A DNA stretch of 64,000 nt from Chloroflexota bacterium (GTDB lineage Bacteria; Chloroflexota; UBA11872; VXOZ01): positions 1,216,001-1,280,000 of the forward strand of contig OY760183.1 in assembly GCA_963663275.1 (NCBI GenBank), read 5' to 3'. Positions 38,421-48,200 of this stretch are shown piece after piece (within the stretch, counting starts at the first letter, position 1; the number at the start of each line of letters is the position of its first letter). A program made the translations under genes and the position numbers. Under the pieces are notes generated by a model. The model ran no database searches. It saw only the letters and a program-made list of their open reading frames with translations, and was not told the DNA's origin.

Positions 38421-39443
38421 ATGCGCGCAGCGGTTATGGGCATGAGGCACGGACACATCAGCGAGTTCGTGGGCGCCGTAGAGGACAACCCATCGATCAC
38501 GTTCGTCGGCATCGCGGAAGACGAGCCCACGGTTCGCGCCAGGATCGAAGCCGAGCACAGCGTGCCGGTCTACGCGGACTTCGACGAACTGCTTAACAAA
38601 GAGCGGCCGGACGTCGTTGGCGTGGCGCGCACGAACGCCACCAAGTACCTGGCGCTCACCGCCTGCCTGGAGCGCGGCGTGCACGTCATTGCCGACAAGC
38701 CGCTGCTCACGGAGATGGAGCAGCTAACGCAGGTGCGGGCGGCGCATAACCTGGGCAAGGCGCGCCTGGGCATGATGCTCAGCCAACGCTACTCCGCGCC
38801 GCACCGGGCCTTGAAAGCGCGGGTAGATGCGGGAGATTTCGGCGACATCGTGCACATGTACGGCTTCGGCCCCCACAAGTTGCGTCCGCACACCCGCAAT
38901 CCCTGGGAGCTTGACGCGGCGCAGAACGGCGGCGTGCTGGTGGACCTGGGCGTGCACTACTTCGATTCGCTGCGCTGGTTTTCCGGCCAGGAGCCGGTGC
39001 GCGTGGCCGCCGCGCAAGGCAACACGCGCTTCCCCGAACTGCCGCAACTCTACGACCACGCCCATGCGCTGCTGGATTTCGACGGCGGTATGAAAGGCAT
39101 CGTGGTCGCCGACTGGCTCACGCCCGACGCCGCGCCCTACCACGGCGATTACCGGCTTTACATCACCGGCACGCGCGGCACGGCGGAGATCGCCACCGCC
39201 GGCACCCTGGAGCCCTCCGGCCCCAATAAGCAGGGCGGCGTGCGTGCGGTGCTGAACGACAAGGAACCGTTCGACCTGGACATCCCGCCCCTGCAACACT
39301 CCCCCAGCAGCGACTTCCTCGACGCCTTGGTCAACGACCGCGACCCCTACGCCGGCGCGGAAGAGGTGCTCCGCTCCATGGCGGTGACGCTGCACGCCAA
39401 AGCCGCGGCGGAGTCGGGCGAGTGGGTGAGTATTCCGTCTTGA
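38421..39443 (+). CDS. Gfo/Idh/MocA family oxidoreductase
   Basis: ADKP motif, GGVLVDLGVHYFD. Confidence 0.9.
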   Translation: MRAAVMGMRHGHISEFVGAVEDNPSITFVGIAEDEPTVRARIEAEHSVPVYADFDELLNKERPDVVGVARTNATKYLALTACLERGVHVIADKPLLTEMEQLTQVRAAHNLGKARLGMMLSQRYSAPHRALKARVDAGDFGDIVHMYGFGPHKLRPHTRNPWELDAAQNGGVLVDLGVHYFDSLRWFSGQEPVRVAAAQGNTRFPELPQLYDHAHALLDFDGGMKGIVVADWLTPDAAPYHGDYRLYITGTRGTAEIATAGTLEPSGPNKQGGVRAVLNDKEPFDLDIPPLQHSPSSDFLDALVNDRDPYAGAEEVLRSMAVTLHAKAAAESGEWVSIPS

Positions 39444-39524
39444 CAAGTTCCTTTGGGCTTGCGCACAGGCCGCGCCAGGGAATGAGGTGGCGACAGGATT
39501 CTTGACTAGGACTTAGAACGCGGC

Positions 39525-39835
39525 GCAGCCGGAGTCTCATACCGCAGTCAGCGCAGCCGCCGTGTTATACGGATGACAGCGCAGCCGGTATGTCATTGCG
39601 AAACGAAACGCAGCCGCTGTGTCATTCCGAACGCAGCGCAGCGAAGTGAGGAATCTAGGAGCCTCAGCGTCGGAGACTTTTCCCGCGCGGGACACGAGAT
39701 TCCTCGCTCCGCTCGGAATGACAGTTAGGACAAATATACAAGTGACAGTCAGGCCCAACTTGCAGGTGACAGTATGGACCAGAGTGCAAAGGACAGTAAG
39801 GTCCAATCTACAGGTGACGTGTAGAAGCCGACCCT
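39525..39835. repeat. GTCATTCCGA-type REP hairpin (39621-39722) flanked by 28-29-bp tandem units on the left and 24-bp tandem units on the right
   Basis: GCAGCCG at 39525, 39553, 39581 and 39610; TGACAGT-like at 39718, 39742, 39766, 39790 and 39814. Confidence 0.85.
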
Positions 39836-39879
39836 GGGGTGAGAATTCAACAGAAAGCAGTCAATAGGGAGTCAAAGCC

Positions 39880-41025
39880 ATGCGCATTACCGCGGTAGAC
39901 ACGTTCATCATGTGGGGCGACCCGCGTAATTGGGTGTTTGTCAAGATTTCCACCGACGAGCCGGAGGTCTGTGGCTGGGGCGAGGCCACGTTGGAGGGCA
40001 AGGACGACACGGTGCGGGCGGCTATCGGGCAGCTTGGCGAGACCTTGATTGGTAAAGACCCGTTGGAGACCGAGCGCCTCTGGCAATCGCTCTACAAGGA
40101 CGGTTTCTGGAAAGGCGGGGTGGTCATCAACACGGCCATCGCCGGCATCGACCAGGCCCTGTGGGACATCAAGGGCAAGCATTACGGCGCGCCGGTCTAC
40201 CAGTTGCTCGGCGGGCCGGCCCGCGACCGCATCCGGCTCTATACCCACGTCGGCATCTACGAGGCCGACCGCATCGCGCGGGAGGCGGGGCAATTGCTGG
40301 CGGCCGGCTTCACCGCCCTGAAGACCGGCGCGTGGGCCACGGACGAGCCGATGGGCGACCATCGGGCCGCGGCGCTCCTGGGCGAACGCATCGCCATCCT
40401 GCGCCAGGCCGTGGGGCGGGACGTGGACCTGATGATCGATAACCACGGCAAGAGCCGTCCGGCCCAGGCCGTGCGCCAGTTGCACGCCGTCAAGGATAGC
40501 CGCATCACCTTCTTCGAGGAGCCGGTGCCGCCGGACAATATCGAGGCCTTTCGCCCCGTGCGCGAGACCGCCCGCGAACTGGGCATCGACCTGGCCACCG
40601 GCGAACGCTACTTCACCAAGTGGCAGTTCGCGCCCCTGCTGGCGGGCCAGTTCGTGGACGTGATCCAGCCGGACCTCTGCCACGCCGGCGGCATTACCGA
40701 GGTGAAGAAGATCGCCGCGCTGGCCGAGGTGCACCACGTGCTCGTGGCGCCGCATAATCCCATGGGACCGGTCTCCACCGCCGCCGCGGCCCATATCGGC
40801 ATGAGCGTTCCCAACTTCCACCTGCTGGAATACGTGCCCAGCCAACCCTACCGCGACCGGGTGGTCAAAGAGCCGTGGCAAATAAAGGACGGCTACCTCC
40901 ACGTGCCCGACACCCCAGGCCTGGGCGCAGACCTGGACGAAGCCGTCATCGCCAATAACCCACCCCGCAAATTCGCGTATTTCAAGAACCTCCGCGACGA
41001 CACCGGGGCGGTAATGGACATTTGA
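39880..41025 (+). CDS. Mandelate racemase-family acid-sugar dehydratase (DgoD-like)
   Basis: RNWVFVK, GWGEAT, AGIDQALWDIKGK, D.H, FEEP, TGER, QPDLCHAGG, APHNP. Confidence 0.9.
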   Translation: MRITAVDTFIMWGDPRNWVFVKISTDEPEVCGWGEATLEGKDDTVRAAIGQLGETLIGKDPLETERLWQSLYKDGFWKGGVVINTAIAGIDQALWDIKGKHYGAPVYQLLGGPARDRIRLYTHVGIYEADRIAREAGQLLAAGFTALKTGAWATDEPMGDHRAAALLGERIAILRQAVGRDVDLMIDNHGKSRPAQAVRQLHAVKDSRITFFEEPVPPDNIEAFRPVRETARELGIDLATGERYFTKWQFAPLLAGQFVDVIQPDLCHAGGITEVKKIAALAEVHHVLVAPHNPMGPVSTAAAAHIGMSVPNFHLLEYVPSQPYRDRVVKEPWQIKDGYLHVPDTPGLGADLDEAVIANNPPRKFAYFKNLRDDTGAVMDI

Positions 41026-41410
41026 TAGCGGTAAGCCACTAACAACACTGCTAGAGGGGCACTCTTGCCTGCGCGCAGCAGTGCAGGCAGTTCAGGGCTC
41101 TCCCAGCAAACCCTACTTCTGCTGCAATTGAGCAACTATTGCGGGTCCGGGATCTGAATGAATCCCTTTAGCCCAAATTGGCCGTGCGAGCAATCGTCTT
41201 TGTGCGTCTGCGCTCCAAACCTCCTGAATGGTCAGAACCCCTTGTGAAGGAGTTAGCACAGTCTCATCTCTTGACTATTCCCTCTTGGCGCGCGGTCATC
41301 CAAACTATCCTTGCCCTTAAGGCCCAGATCAGAGGAACACACTTCGTCCCACTTTAAAGGTGTATACTACGGGACAAGTGAATAGTGCCGGAGTGAGGAC
41401 TGCAATTGTC

Positions 41411-44400
41411 ATGGGCAGACTTGTAACCATAGCTATACTTGGCTTAGTGGTGTCGCTAAGTGCAGCTGGACTGGTGTCTTGCGGTCCGCCGCCACGATCC
41501 ATAGATCATGTGCACGGTCCCAATACGCCGGTCAGGCCGACGCCTTCTCCCATCCCTGATCTGTCTGCAAACCTCCTATGGCACTACAAACTTAGTATTC
41601 AGATATTTGCACGGTTATATACAGCGCCGGCCGTAGCTGATGGCGTGGCCTATGTTGGATCGAATGACGGTCAAGTCTTTGCGCTTGATGCCGATACTGG
41701 TGAAATGCGTTGGCGGTCCCTCGTTAGCGATGGGCCGCTCAGTTCCCCGGTGGTGGCAAACGGCTTGGTCTTCATTTTGTCGTCTGGCAATCGTCTGCAA
41801 GCGCTCGACGCCAAGACCGGCAAATTGCTTTGGCGCCAGTGGTTCCATAAGGGAGTACATTCCACGCCGGCGGTGGCTGACGGGGTAGTCTATATTGGCT
41901 CTCGTGAACACTGGGTGTACTCGCTTGATGCTGCTACCGGTGAACTGCGCTGGGCGCATGAAACGGGCGGAACTGTGAATTCCACCCCGGCACTGCATGA
42001 CGGCGTTGTATATATCGGCTCAGATGACCACCGCATCTATGCGCTCGACACTGTTACCGGCGAAGAGCGGTGGCACTTCCTGACTCGGGGTGTTGTGGAT
42101 TCCTCTCCAGCGGTGGCAGACGGCAGGGTGTTCGCCAGTTCAAGAGACGGCTATGTGTATGCACTTGCCGCCGCGACCGGAGAAGTCCTTTGGCAATTTG
42201 AGACCAAGGACGAAGCATATTCGTCCCCAGTCGTAGGGACTGGAGCGGTTTTCGTTGGTTCTGGTGATGGGTTTCTGTATGCCTTGAGTATAGATTCCGG
42301 CGAACCTCTCTGGCGCTTCAAGACAGAAGGTATTAACTACACTGTAGCGGTAGCTGAAGGAGTGGTTTATGCTGGCTCACCTGGAAGATTCTACGCACTG
42401 GATGCCATCAGTGGCGACGTACGCTGGAACATAGAGGTCGATGCATCGCCTTTCGTCGCCCCGGTAGTAGAGGACGGCAAAGTCTATTTCGAAACTTCCG
42501 ACGGTCATGTTAACGCCCTGGATGCCGCCACTGGCGAACCGCTCTGGCGCTTTCTCTTGGGGGGTGTCATGCCGTGTTTGCCGAAAGAGGACGACAGCGT
42601 GCTCTTCATCAAGTCGGGTGGCAATCACATTTACGCGCTGGCTGCCGAGACCGGAGGATTGTATTGGCTCTTTCGTACCGGCGGTGAAGTGTGGACCAAC
42701 TCACAAGCGGTTAACGGCGCGTATTATGCCACTTCCCAATTCGGTTATGTGTACGCATTTGATGCAAGAACCGGCGAGTTGCGCTGGCGCTTTCGAACTG
42801 GTGGTGAAATAAGGGCATCGCCGGCAGTAGCGGGCGACACAGTCTATGCCACGTCTCTGGATGGCTTCGTCTACGCGCTCGCTGTCGCTAACGGCGAACT
42901 CCTGTGGAAGTCGCAGACTGGAGGGGAAGTTTGGTCTACTCCGGTAGTCGGGGATGGCGTAGTCTCCGTTGTCTCTCACGATGGCTACGCGTACGGTCTT
43001 GATGCCGAAAGCGGAGAACAGCGCTGGCGTATAGAGAGCGGGTACTTCGTCGAGGCTTCTCCAACGATGGTTGGCGGTGTGGTCTACGTGGGTTCGGATG
43101 ATGGACATCTTTATGCACTGGACGCCGCCAGCGGCGAACTGTTGTGGCGCTATCAGACCGCTGGGGAAGCGCAGGGATCTCCTCTCATGACTTGGGGCGT
43201 CGTGTATGTAGGCGCCGACGACGGCTACTTGTATGCCTTGGATGCCGAAGACGGTAGGCTGCTTTGGCGCTCCCAGATCGGCGACTTTGTCTTCCATGCT
43301 CCGGTCAGGATTGGCGATGCGATTTTTGCGGCATCGGAAGCCGGCTATGTCTACGTCCTGGTTGCCGAGAGTGGTGAGCTGGTGGGGAGATTTAGCATCG
43401 ATGGTGCGCCGCAGGGCTCGCCAATCAAAGGAGACGGGAAGATCTACGTAAGTTCGCAGAACGGCGCCGTCTACGCGCTTGCCAGCTCAGGCGCAGCATC
43501 TCGGTCAGTGAGAGATGAGCCCGTACAGACAGTACTAAACAAACCTTGCAGCGGAGTATTGCGCTGGCGTGCCCAATTTGACGGTTCTGTCAACTCCCCT
43601 CCGGCAGTGACTGACGATGTCGTCTACATTTTGTCTACAAATGGCGTTCATGCCTTTGATGTTGGTTCTGGCGACCCGCGGTGGAACTACGAGTTTGATG
43701 ATTCCGTGCGGTCTTCTCTAGCATTTGCCGACGGAGTAACCTATGTCGGCTCGCAATCTGGCCAGGTCTACGCTCTTTCCGTCGAGACTGGTAAGCTTCT
43801 TTGGGAGGCGTCGATTTTAGGGAGCACGTATTACTTTTCGCCGGCCGTTGCCGATGGAGTGGTCTACATCAGCACAGATGGCGGTTACTTCTACGCACTT
43901 GACGCCAGAACTGGCGGGCAACTCTGGCGCAGTAAGGTTTCGCAAGACGTGCGCTATTCCCCGGTCGTGGCTGGCGACACAGTTTATTATGTCTCCTATA
44001 GTCATGTTCTCGCGCTGTCTACCAGCACCGGTGGCGTGCGTTGGCTAAAGCAAACTAACACGGCATTGGGGTCGTCGCCTGTGGTATCCCATGGTGTTGT
44101 CTACGTTGGCGCGCGGGACGGCCGTGTCTTGGCGCTGGACGCCAGCACTGGAGAACTGCGCTCGAGTGTAGAGACAGACGATTCTCCGCAGCCACGTCAG
44201 GGCCTGTCAGATGGAACAGCCTTAGACTACGCACATTATGGCGGATTCTTCTCTCTGGATAACGTCGCCGAGGGGGTCTTGTATACCAGCTCATCGGATG
44301 GTTATGTTCGCGCGTTGGATGCCGCCACCGGCGAACTGCTTTGGCGCCGTTTCATGTTCGCCAGGGTTTCCGCTACCCCAACCGTTGCTGGCGGCGCCAT

Positions 44401-44593
44401 CTACGTCAATACTCTGAATGGTCACATCTACGCGCTGGATACTGCAACCGGTGATCTACTTTGGCGTTACAGGACACAACGCGGGGCAGTTTATTCCCCA
44501 ACGCTAGCCGGTGGAGTGGTCTACGCTTCCACATGGGGTGATTACAGATATGGTGACTACATCTACTCGCTGAAGGCCCGCCCTAGTGAGTGA
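41411..44593 (+). CDS. Lipoprotein with about 24 PQQ-like (BamB-like) beta-propeller repeats
   Basis: Lipobox LVSC; repeated SPAV.DG.VY.GS.DG..YALDA.TGE..W; visibly lower GC. Confidence 0.9.
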   Translation: MGRLVTIAILGLVVSLSAAGLVSCGPPPRSIDHVHGPNTPVRPTPSPIPDLSANLLWHYKLSIQIFARLYTAPAVADGVAYVGSNDGQVFALDADTGEMRWRSLVSDGPLSSPVVANGLVFILSSGNRLQALDAKTGKLLWRQWFHKGVHSTPAVADGVVYIGSREHWVYSLDAATGELRWAHETGGTVNSTPALHDGVVYIGSDDHRIYALDTVTGEERWHFLTRGVVDSSPAVADGRVFASSRDGYVYALAAATGEVLWQFETKDEAYSSPVVGTGAVFVGSGDGFLYALSIDSGEPLWRFKTEGINYTVAVAEGVVYAGSPGRFYALDAISGDVRWNIEVDASPFVAPVVEDGKVYFETSDGHVNALDAATGEPLWRFLLGGVMPCLPKEDDSVLFIKSGGNHIYALAAETGGLYWLFRTGGEVWTNSQAVNGAYYATSQFGYVYAFDARTGELRWRFRTGGEIRASPAVAGDTVYATSLDGFVYALAVANGELLWKSQTGGEVWSTPVVGDGVVSVVSHDGYAYGLDAESGEQRWRIESGYFVEASPTMVGGVVYVGSDDGHLYALDAASGELLWRYQTAGEAQGSPLMTWGVVYVGADDGYLYALDAEDGRLLWRSQIGDFVFHAPVRIGDAIFAASEAGYVYVLVAESGELVGRFSIDGAPQGSPIKGDGKIYVSSQNGAVYALASSGAASRSVRDEPVQTVLNKPCSGVLRWRAQFDGSVNSPPAVTDDVVYILSTNGVHAFDVGSGDPRWNYEFDDSVRSSLAFADGVTYVGSQSGQVYALSVETGKLLWEASILGSTYYFSPAVADGVVYISTDGGYFYALDARTGGQLWRSKVSQDVRYSPVVAGDTVYYVSYSHVLALSTSTGGVRWLKQTNTALGSSPVVSHGVVYVGARDGRVLALDASTGELRSSVETDDSPQPRQGLSDGTALDYAHYGGFFSLDNVAEGVLYTSSSDGYVRALDAATGELLWRRFMFARVSATPTVAGGAIYVNTLNGHIYALDTATGDLLWRYRTQRGAVYSPTLAGGVVYASTWGDYRYGDYIYSLKARPSE

Positions 44594-44782
44594 TGCGCCG
44601 AACGCAGCAAAGACCGTGAACTGGCCGTCCTTGATCTAGGGGAAGATCATGGGTCTGAGTGCTTTTCGTTGCGATCATTGCACATGAGGCTTACTGTGAT
44701 CCAGTCTACTGAGCGGTGCAAGTGATTCTTCGCTCTGTGGTGAAGTTTCAGGATGCTGTGATCCTAAAGCGATGAGGTGTGA

Positions 44783-44986
44783 TCTTCTCCGGCAGTGGCT
44801 GGAGGCGTGGTCTATGCGGGCTCAGATGATGGCAATCTCTACGCCTAGATGCCGCCCCATGGGGAACTGCTGTGGCGTTATTTGACACATGGCGAAGTTT
44901 GGGGCTCTCCGTCGGTGACTGGCGGCATCGTCTCCGCAGGCTCGGATGATGGGCACGTCTACGCGCTGCTAGCCTCTGAATGTTGA
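44783..44986 (+). pseudogene. Frameshifted remnant of two PQQ-like repeats
   Basis: Translates SSPAVAGGVVYAGSDDGNLYA / shift / DAA / shift / GELLWRYLTHGEVWGSPSVTGGIVSAGSDDGHVYAL; no start codon. Confidence 0.8.
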
Positions 44987-45075
44987 AGCTCACTGTACCT
45001 ATGGCTCAGTCCAAGAGTTGCGGACAGCGTCGTGCGGAACGCATTAGCAGAGCAGAATCGGAACAGACCTGCAAG

Positions 45076-46098
45076 CTACGCCTTGTAGCAGGCGACTTCT
45101 TGTTCCTGGCCTTTGTGTTCCAGGGGTGGGTGGTCGTTGGTTTGGCAGAAGTCGTCGGCTTGGGGGCAGCGGGGGTAGAAGCGGCATTGGGGTGGGGGAT
45201 TGACCAAGGTGGCCACGCCGCCTTTGATGCTGACCGGCGGGCGCGCGACCGTCGGGTCGGGGATGGGCACCGCTGAGAGCAGGGCCTGGGTATAGGGGTG
45301 TTGCGGGCGGCGCAAGATTTCCTCCGTATCGCCGATTTCGACGATCTTGCCCAGGTACATCACGGCGATGCGGCTGCACATGTAGCGCGCCACCGCCAGG
45401 TCGTGGGTAATGTAGAGGTAGCCGATGCCCAAGCCGGCGGCCAGGTCCGCCATCAGGCGCATCACGCCGGTGCGCACGGAGACGTCCAGCATGGAGGTCG
45501 GCTCGTCGGCGACGACGAACGACGGTTCGACGATAAGCGCCCGGGCGATAGCGACGCGCTGGCGCTGACCGCCGGAGAGTTCGTGGGGGAAGCGGAAGAG
45601 GAAGGCGCGGGGCGGCGTCAGGCCCACCAGCGCCAGCATCTCCGATACCCGGTCCAGGCGATCCGCCAGGGTGCCGATCTGCTGCACCCGCAACGGCTCG
45701 GCAATGGTGTCGAAGATCGTGCGCCGGGGGTTCATGGATTCGTAGGGGTCCTGGAAGATCATCTGGGCGTGGCGTCGGAAGTCTTTGAGGGGCTGGCCGC
45801 GCAGGGTGGCGATGTCCGTGGGTTCGCCCGCGCCGTCGTCGAAGATGACCTGTCCGTCCGTGGGGTCTATCAGGCGCACCAGCATCTTGCCGGTGGTGGT
45901 CTTGCCGCAGCCGGATTCGCCCACCAGCCCCAGGCTTTCGCCTCTGCCCAGGGTGAAGTTGACGTCGTCCACGGCGTGGATGAAGCGCCGGTTGCGCCGG
46001 AAGCGCGAGGTGGCGGCGGGGAAATGCTTGCGCAGGCCTTCCACCCGCAACAGCGGGCGCGCATCGGCGGAGGCTGCCGCATTAGCCGACTCGCTCAT
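45076..46098 (-). CDS. Oligopeptide/dipeptide ABC transporter ATP-binding protein (OppF/DppF-like)
   Basis: GESGCGKTT, LSGGQRQR, DEPTS, HPYT, CRF.PRC C-terminus. Confidence 0.95.
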   Translation of the reverse strand: MSESANAAASADARPLLRVEGLRKHFPAATSRFRRNRRFIHAVDDVNFTLGRGESLGLVGESGCGKTTTGKMLVRLIDPTDGQVIFDDGAGEPTDIATLRGQPLKDFRRHAQMIFQDPYESMNPRRTIFDTIAEPLRVQQIGTLADRLDRVSEMLALVGLTPPRAFLFRFPHELSGGQRQRVAIARALIVEPSFVVADEPTSMLDVSVRTGVMRLMADLAAGLGIGYLYITHDLAVARYMCSRIAVMYLGKIVEIGDTEEILRRPQHPYTQALLSAVPIPDPTVARPPVSIKGGVATLVNPPPQCRFYPRCPQADDFCQTNDHPPLEHKGQEQEVACYKA

Positions 46099-46139
46099 GG
46101 CCTTCTTTCCCTTTCGACTTCACTCGTTCTACGCTTACA

Positions 46140-46253
46140 CCCTCACCCCGGCCCTCTCCCTCAGGGAGAGGGGGCTTTTGCCGCCTGCCGGCGCGGGCCC
46201 CATCATCATACGACTTCACCCTCACCCCGGCCCTCTCCCTCAGGGAGAGGGGG
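46140..46253. repeat. Direct pair of CCCTCACCCCGGCCCTCTCCCTCAGGGAGAGGG repeats
   Basis: Identical copies at 46140 and 46219 (79-bp period). Confidence 0.9.
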
Positions 46254-46287
46254 TCTTGCCGTCTGACGCATTGATCTGGAAACGGCG

Positions 46288-47253
46288 CTAGTCCTCCGGT
46301 GGGTTCCAGCAGTCGGCCCAGTGGGCGCCTTGGCGCACGGTGGGCGGTTCCTGTTCGGCGCAGACGTCGGTCGCGTGGGGACAGCGGGGATGGAAGCGGC
46401 AGCCGGTCGGCAGTTCCAGCGGGTTTGGCGGCTCGCCGCCAAGGGTTGCCAGTTCGTGCTTCTCGCCGGTCACGCTGGGAAACGCCGACATCAAGGCGCG
46501 AGTGTACGGGTGAATCGGGCGCGTAAAGACCTCCTCCGCCGTGCCGTACTCCACGATCTTGCCCGCGTACATCACCGCCACCACGTCGCTCACCTCGGCA
46601 ATCACGGCCATATCGTGGGAGATGTAGAGCATGCTCATGTTCAGTTCCGCGCGGATGTTTTGCAGTTCGCGCAGGATGTGGTCTTGCACGATCACGTCCA
46701 GAGCCGTGGTCGGCTCGTCGGCGATGATCAGGTCCGGCTCGCAGGCCAGGGCCATGGCGATGATGGCGCGCTGCTTCATGCCGCCGCTGTATTCGTGCGG
46801 GTAGCGTGGAATGAAGCTGTGAGAGAGATTGACCAGGTCGTAGAGCGCGTGAACGCGCTCGACCATCTCCGGCCGCGAGGAATTGACGTGCTGTTCCAGC
46901 GCCTCGATGATCTGGTCGCCGACGCGGTACACCGGGTCCAGCGCGTTCATGGCGGATTGGAAGACCATGGCGATGCGGTCCCAGCGGTACTTGCGCATCT
47001 CTTCATCGGAGAGCGCAACCAGGTCCACGCCGTTCAGCAGGATCTTGCCGCCGAGAATGCGGGCGTTTTCCGGCTGGAGCCGCAGCAGGGCCAGCGCCAG
47101 GGACGACTTGCCGCAGCCGGATTCCCCCACCAGCCCCAGCGATTGCCCTCTTTCCAGGGCGAGCGAAACGCCGTCCACGGCGCAGACTTCACCGGCCCGC
47201 GTGTTGTAGTGCAGGGTGAGGTCTTCCACGGCCAGCAGGGAGGAGGTGCTCAT
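46288..47253 (-). CDS. Oligopeptide/dipeptide ABC transporter ATP-binding protein (OppD/DppD-like)
   Basis: GESGCGKS, YSGGMKQR, DEPTTALD, HPYT. Confidence 0.95.
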   Translation of the reverse strand: MSTSSLLAVEDLTLHYNTRAGEVCAVDGVSLALERGQSLGLVGESGCGKSSLALALLRLQPENARILGGKILLNGVDLVALSDEEMRKYRWDRIAMVFQSAMNALDPVYRVGDQIIEALEQHVNSSRPEMVERVHALYDLVNLSHSFIPRYPHEYSGGMKQRAIIAMALACEPDLIIADEPTTALDVIVQDHILRELQNIRAELNMSMLYISHDMAVIAEVSDVVAVMYAGKIVEYGTAEEVFTRPIHPYTRALMSAFPSVTGEKHELATLGGEPPNPLELPTGCRFHPRCPHATDVCAEQEPPTVRQGAHWADCWNPPED

Positions 47254-48200
47254 AAGCGCCGCAGCCTCGGGTTGACGATCTCATCCATCGCCCGCCCCAC
47301 CAGGTAGAACGAGGTGCAGAGCAGCGTGATGGAGAGGCTGGCCGGGAAGATGAGCCACCAGTACGCGCCCACTTGCAGCAGGTAGCCCGCCGCCTCAGTG
47401 GTGTGGATCATCAGACCCCAACTCATGCGCACGTCCAACAAGCCCAGGAAGCTCAAGACCGCTTCCGAGAAGATCGCGCCGGTGACGGTGAACATCATGT
47501 AGAGGAACGAGAGCGGCAGCAGGTTGGGGACGATGTGGATGAAGATGATGTGCGCCGGGCCGCCGCCCGCGGCGCGCGCCGCCTCGATATATGGCTTGAC
47601 AACCACGGAAAGCGCCTGTGACTTCAAAAGAATACTGGCGCCGCCGAAGCCGGAGAGAATGCCGATGATGAGCGCCAACTCCAGGTGTTCCACCCCGATC
47701 AGCGCGCTCAGGACGATGAGGATGCTAATGCCCGGCATCATGACCATGAGGTCGGCAAAGCGCATCAATATCGTGTCGATAACGCCGCCGTAGTACGCCG
47801 CGATCGCGCCGACGGTGGTGCCAATGGTGACAGTCACAATAGCGGCCAGCAGACCGAGCAAGAACTCCGTGCGGGTGCTGTACATGAGTTGGCTGAGGAT
47901 GTCCCGGCCCAGGGGGTCGGTGCCGAGCAGGTGGCTGCGGCTGGGCGGCGCGGGCTGGCGGGTCTCGTCGAACGCGTAACCGACAACGGGGTCGTAGATG
48001 CGTTCGTCCCAAACGGTGTTCATGAGTATGGGATGGGCAAGGGCAAGCACCAGATAGAAGATGATGATTACGAGGCCGATGATGCCGATGCGCGTGCCGA
48101 GGAAGAGCGACCAGTTCTCCCGCAGGCTCCGCATGGCCAGGCTGAGCCGCACTTTCCTGAGTGAGGGCGCGGCCTTTTGGGGGGCAACGTCTACAGCCAC
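47250..48200 (-). CDS. Peptide ABC transporter permease (OppC/DppC-like)
   Basis: HLLGTDPLGRD, YIEAARAAG (EAA loop), EAVLSFLG. Confidence 0.95.
   Translation of the reverse strand: MAVDVAPQKAAPSLRKVRLSLAMRSLRENWSLFLGTRIGIIGLVIIIFYLVLALAHPILMNTVWDERIYDPVVGYAFDETRQPAPPSRSHLLGTDPLGRDILSQLMYSTRTEFLLGLLAAIVTVTIGTTVGAIAAYYGGVIDTILMRFADLMVMMPGISILIVLSALIGVEHLELALIIGILSGFGGASILLKSQALSVVVKPYIEAARAAGGGPAHIIFIHIVPNLLPLSFLYMMFTVTGAIFSEAVLSFLGLLDVRMSWGLMIHTTEAAGYLLQVGAYWWLIFPASLSITLLCTSFYLVGRAMDEIVNPRLRRL

Noticed and set aside
39525-39835. Possible CRISPR array (also 15148-15326, 27801-28263, 57780-57851)
   Set aside because: Whole units are similar to one another, so there are no unique spacers between constant repeats, and there are no cas genes.
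39537-39867. Small ORFs with periodic peptides (also 27675-28224, 14898-15333)
   Set aside because: They are translations of non-coding repeats, with no RBS or coding signal.
41026-41410. AT-richer intergenic stretch as ncRNA or riboswitch
   Set aside because: Only a modest hairpin near 41059-41086 and no recognisable aptamer; an Infernal/Rfam search would be needed.
41411-44986. Diversity-generating retroelement with the PQQ remnant as template repeat
   Set aside because: No reverse transcriptase or Avd; the remnant is not near-identical to any gene segment and I see no adenine-restricted differences.
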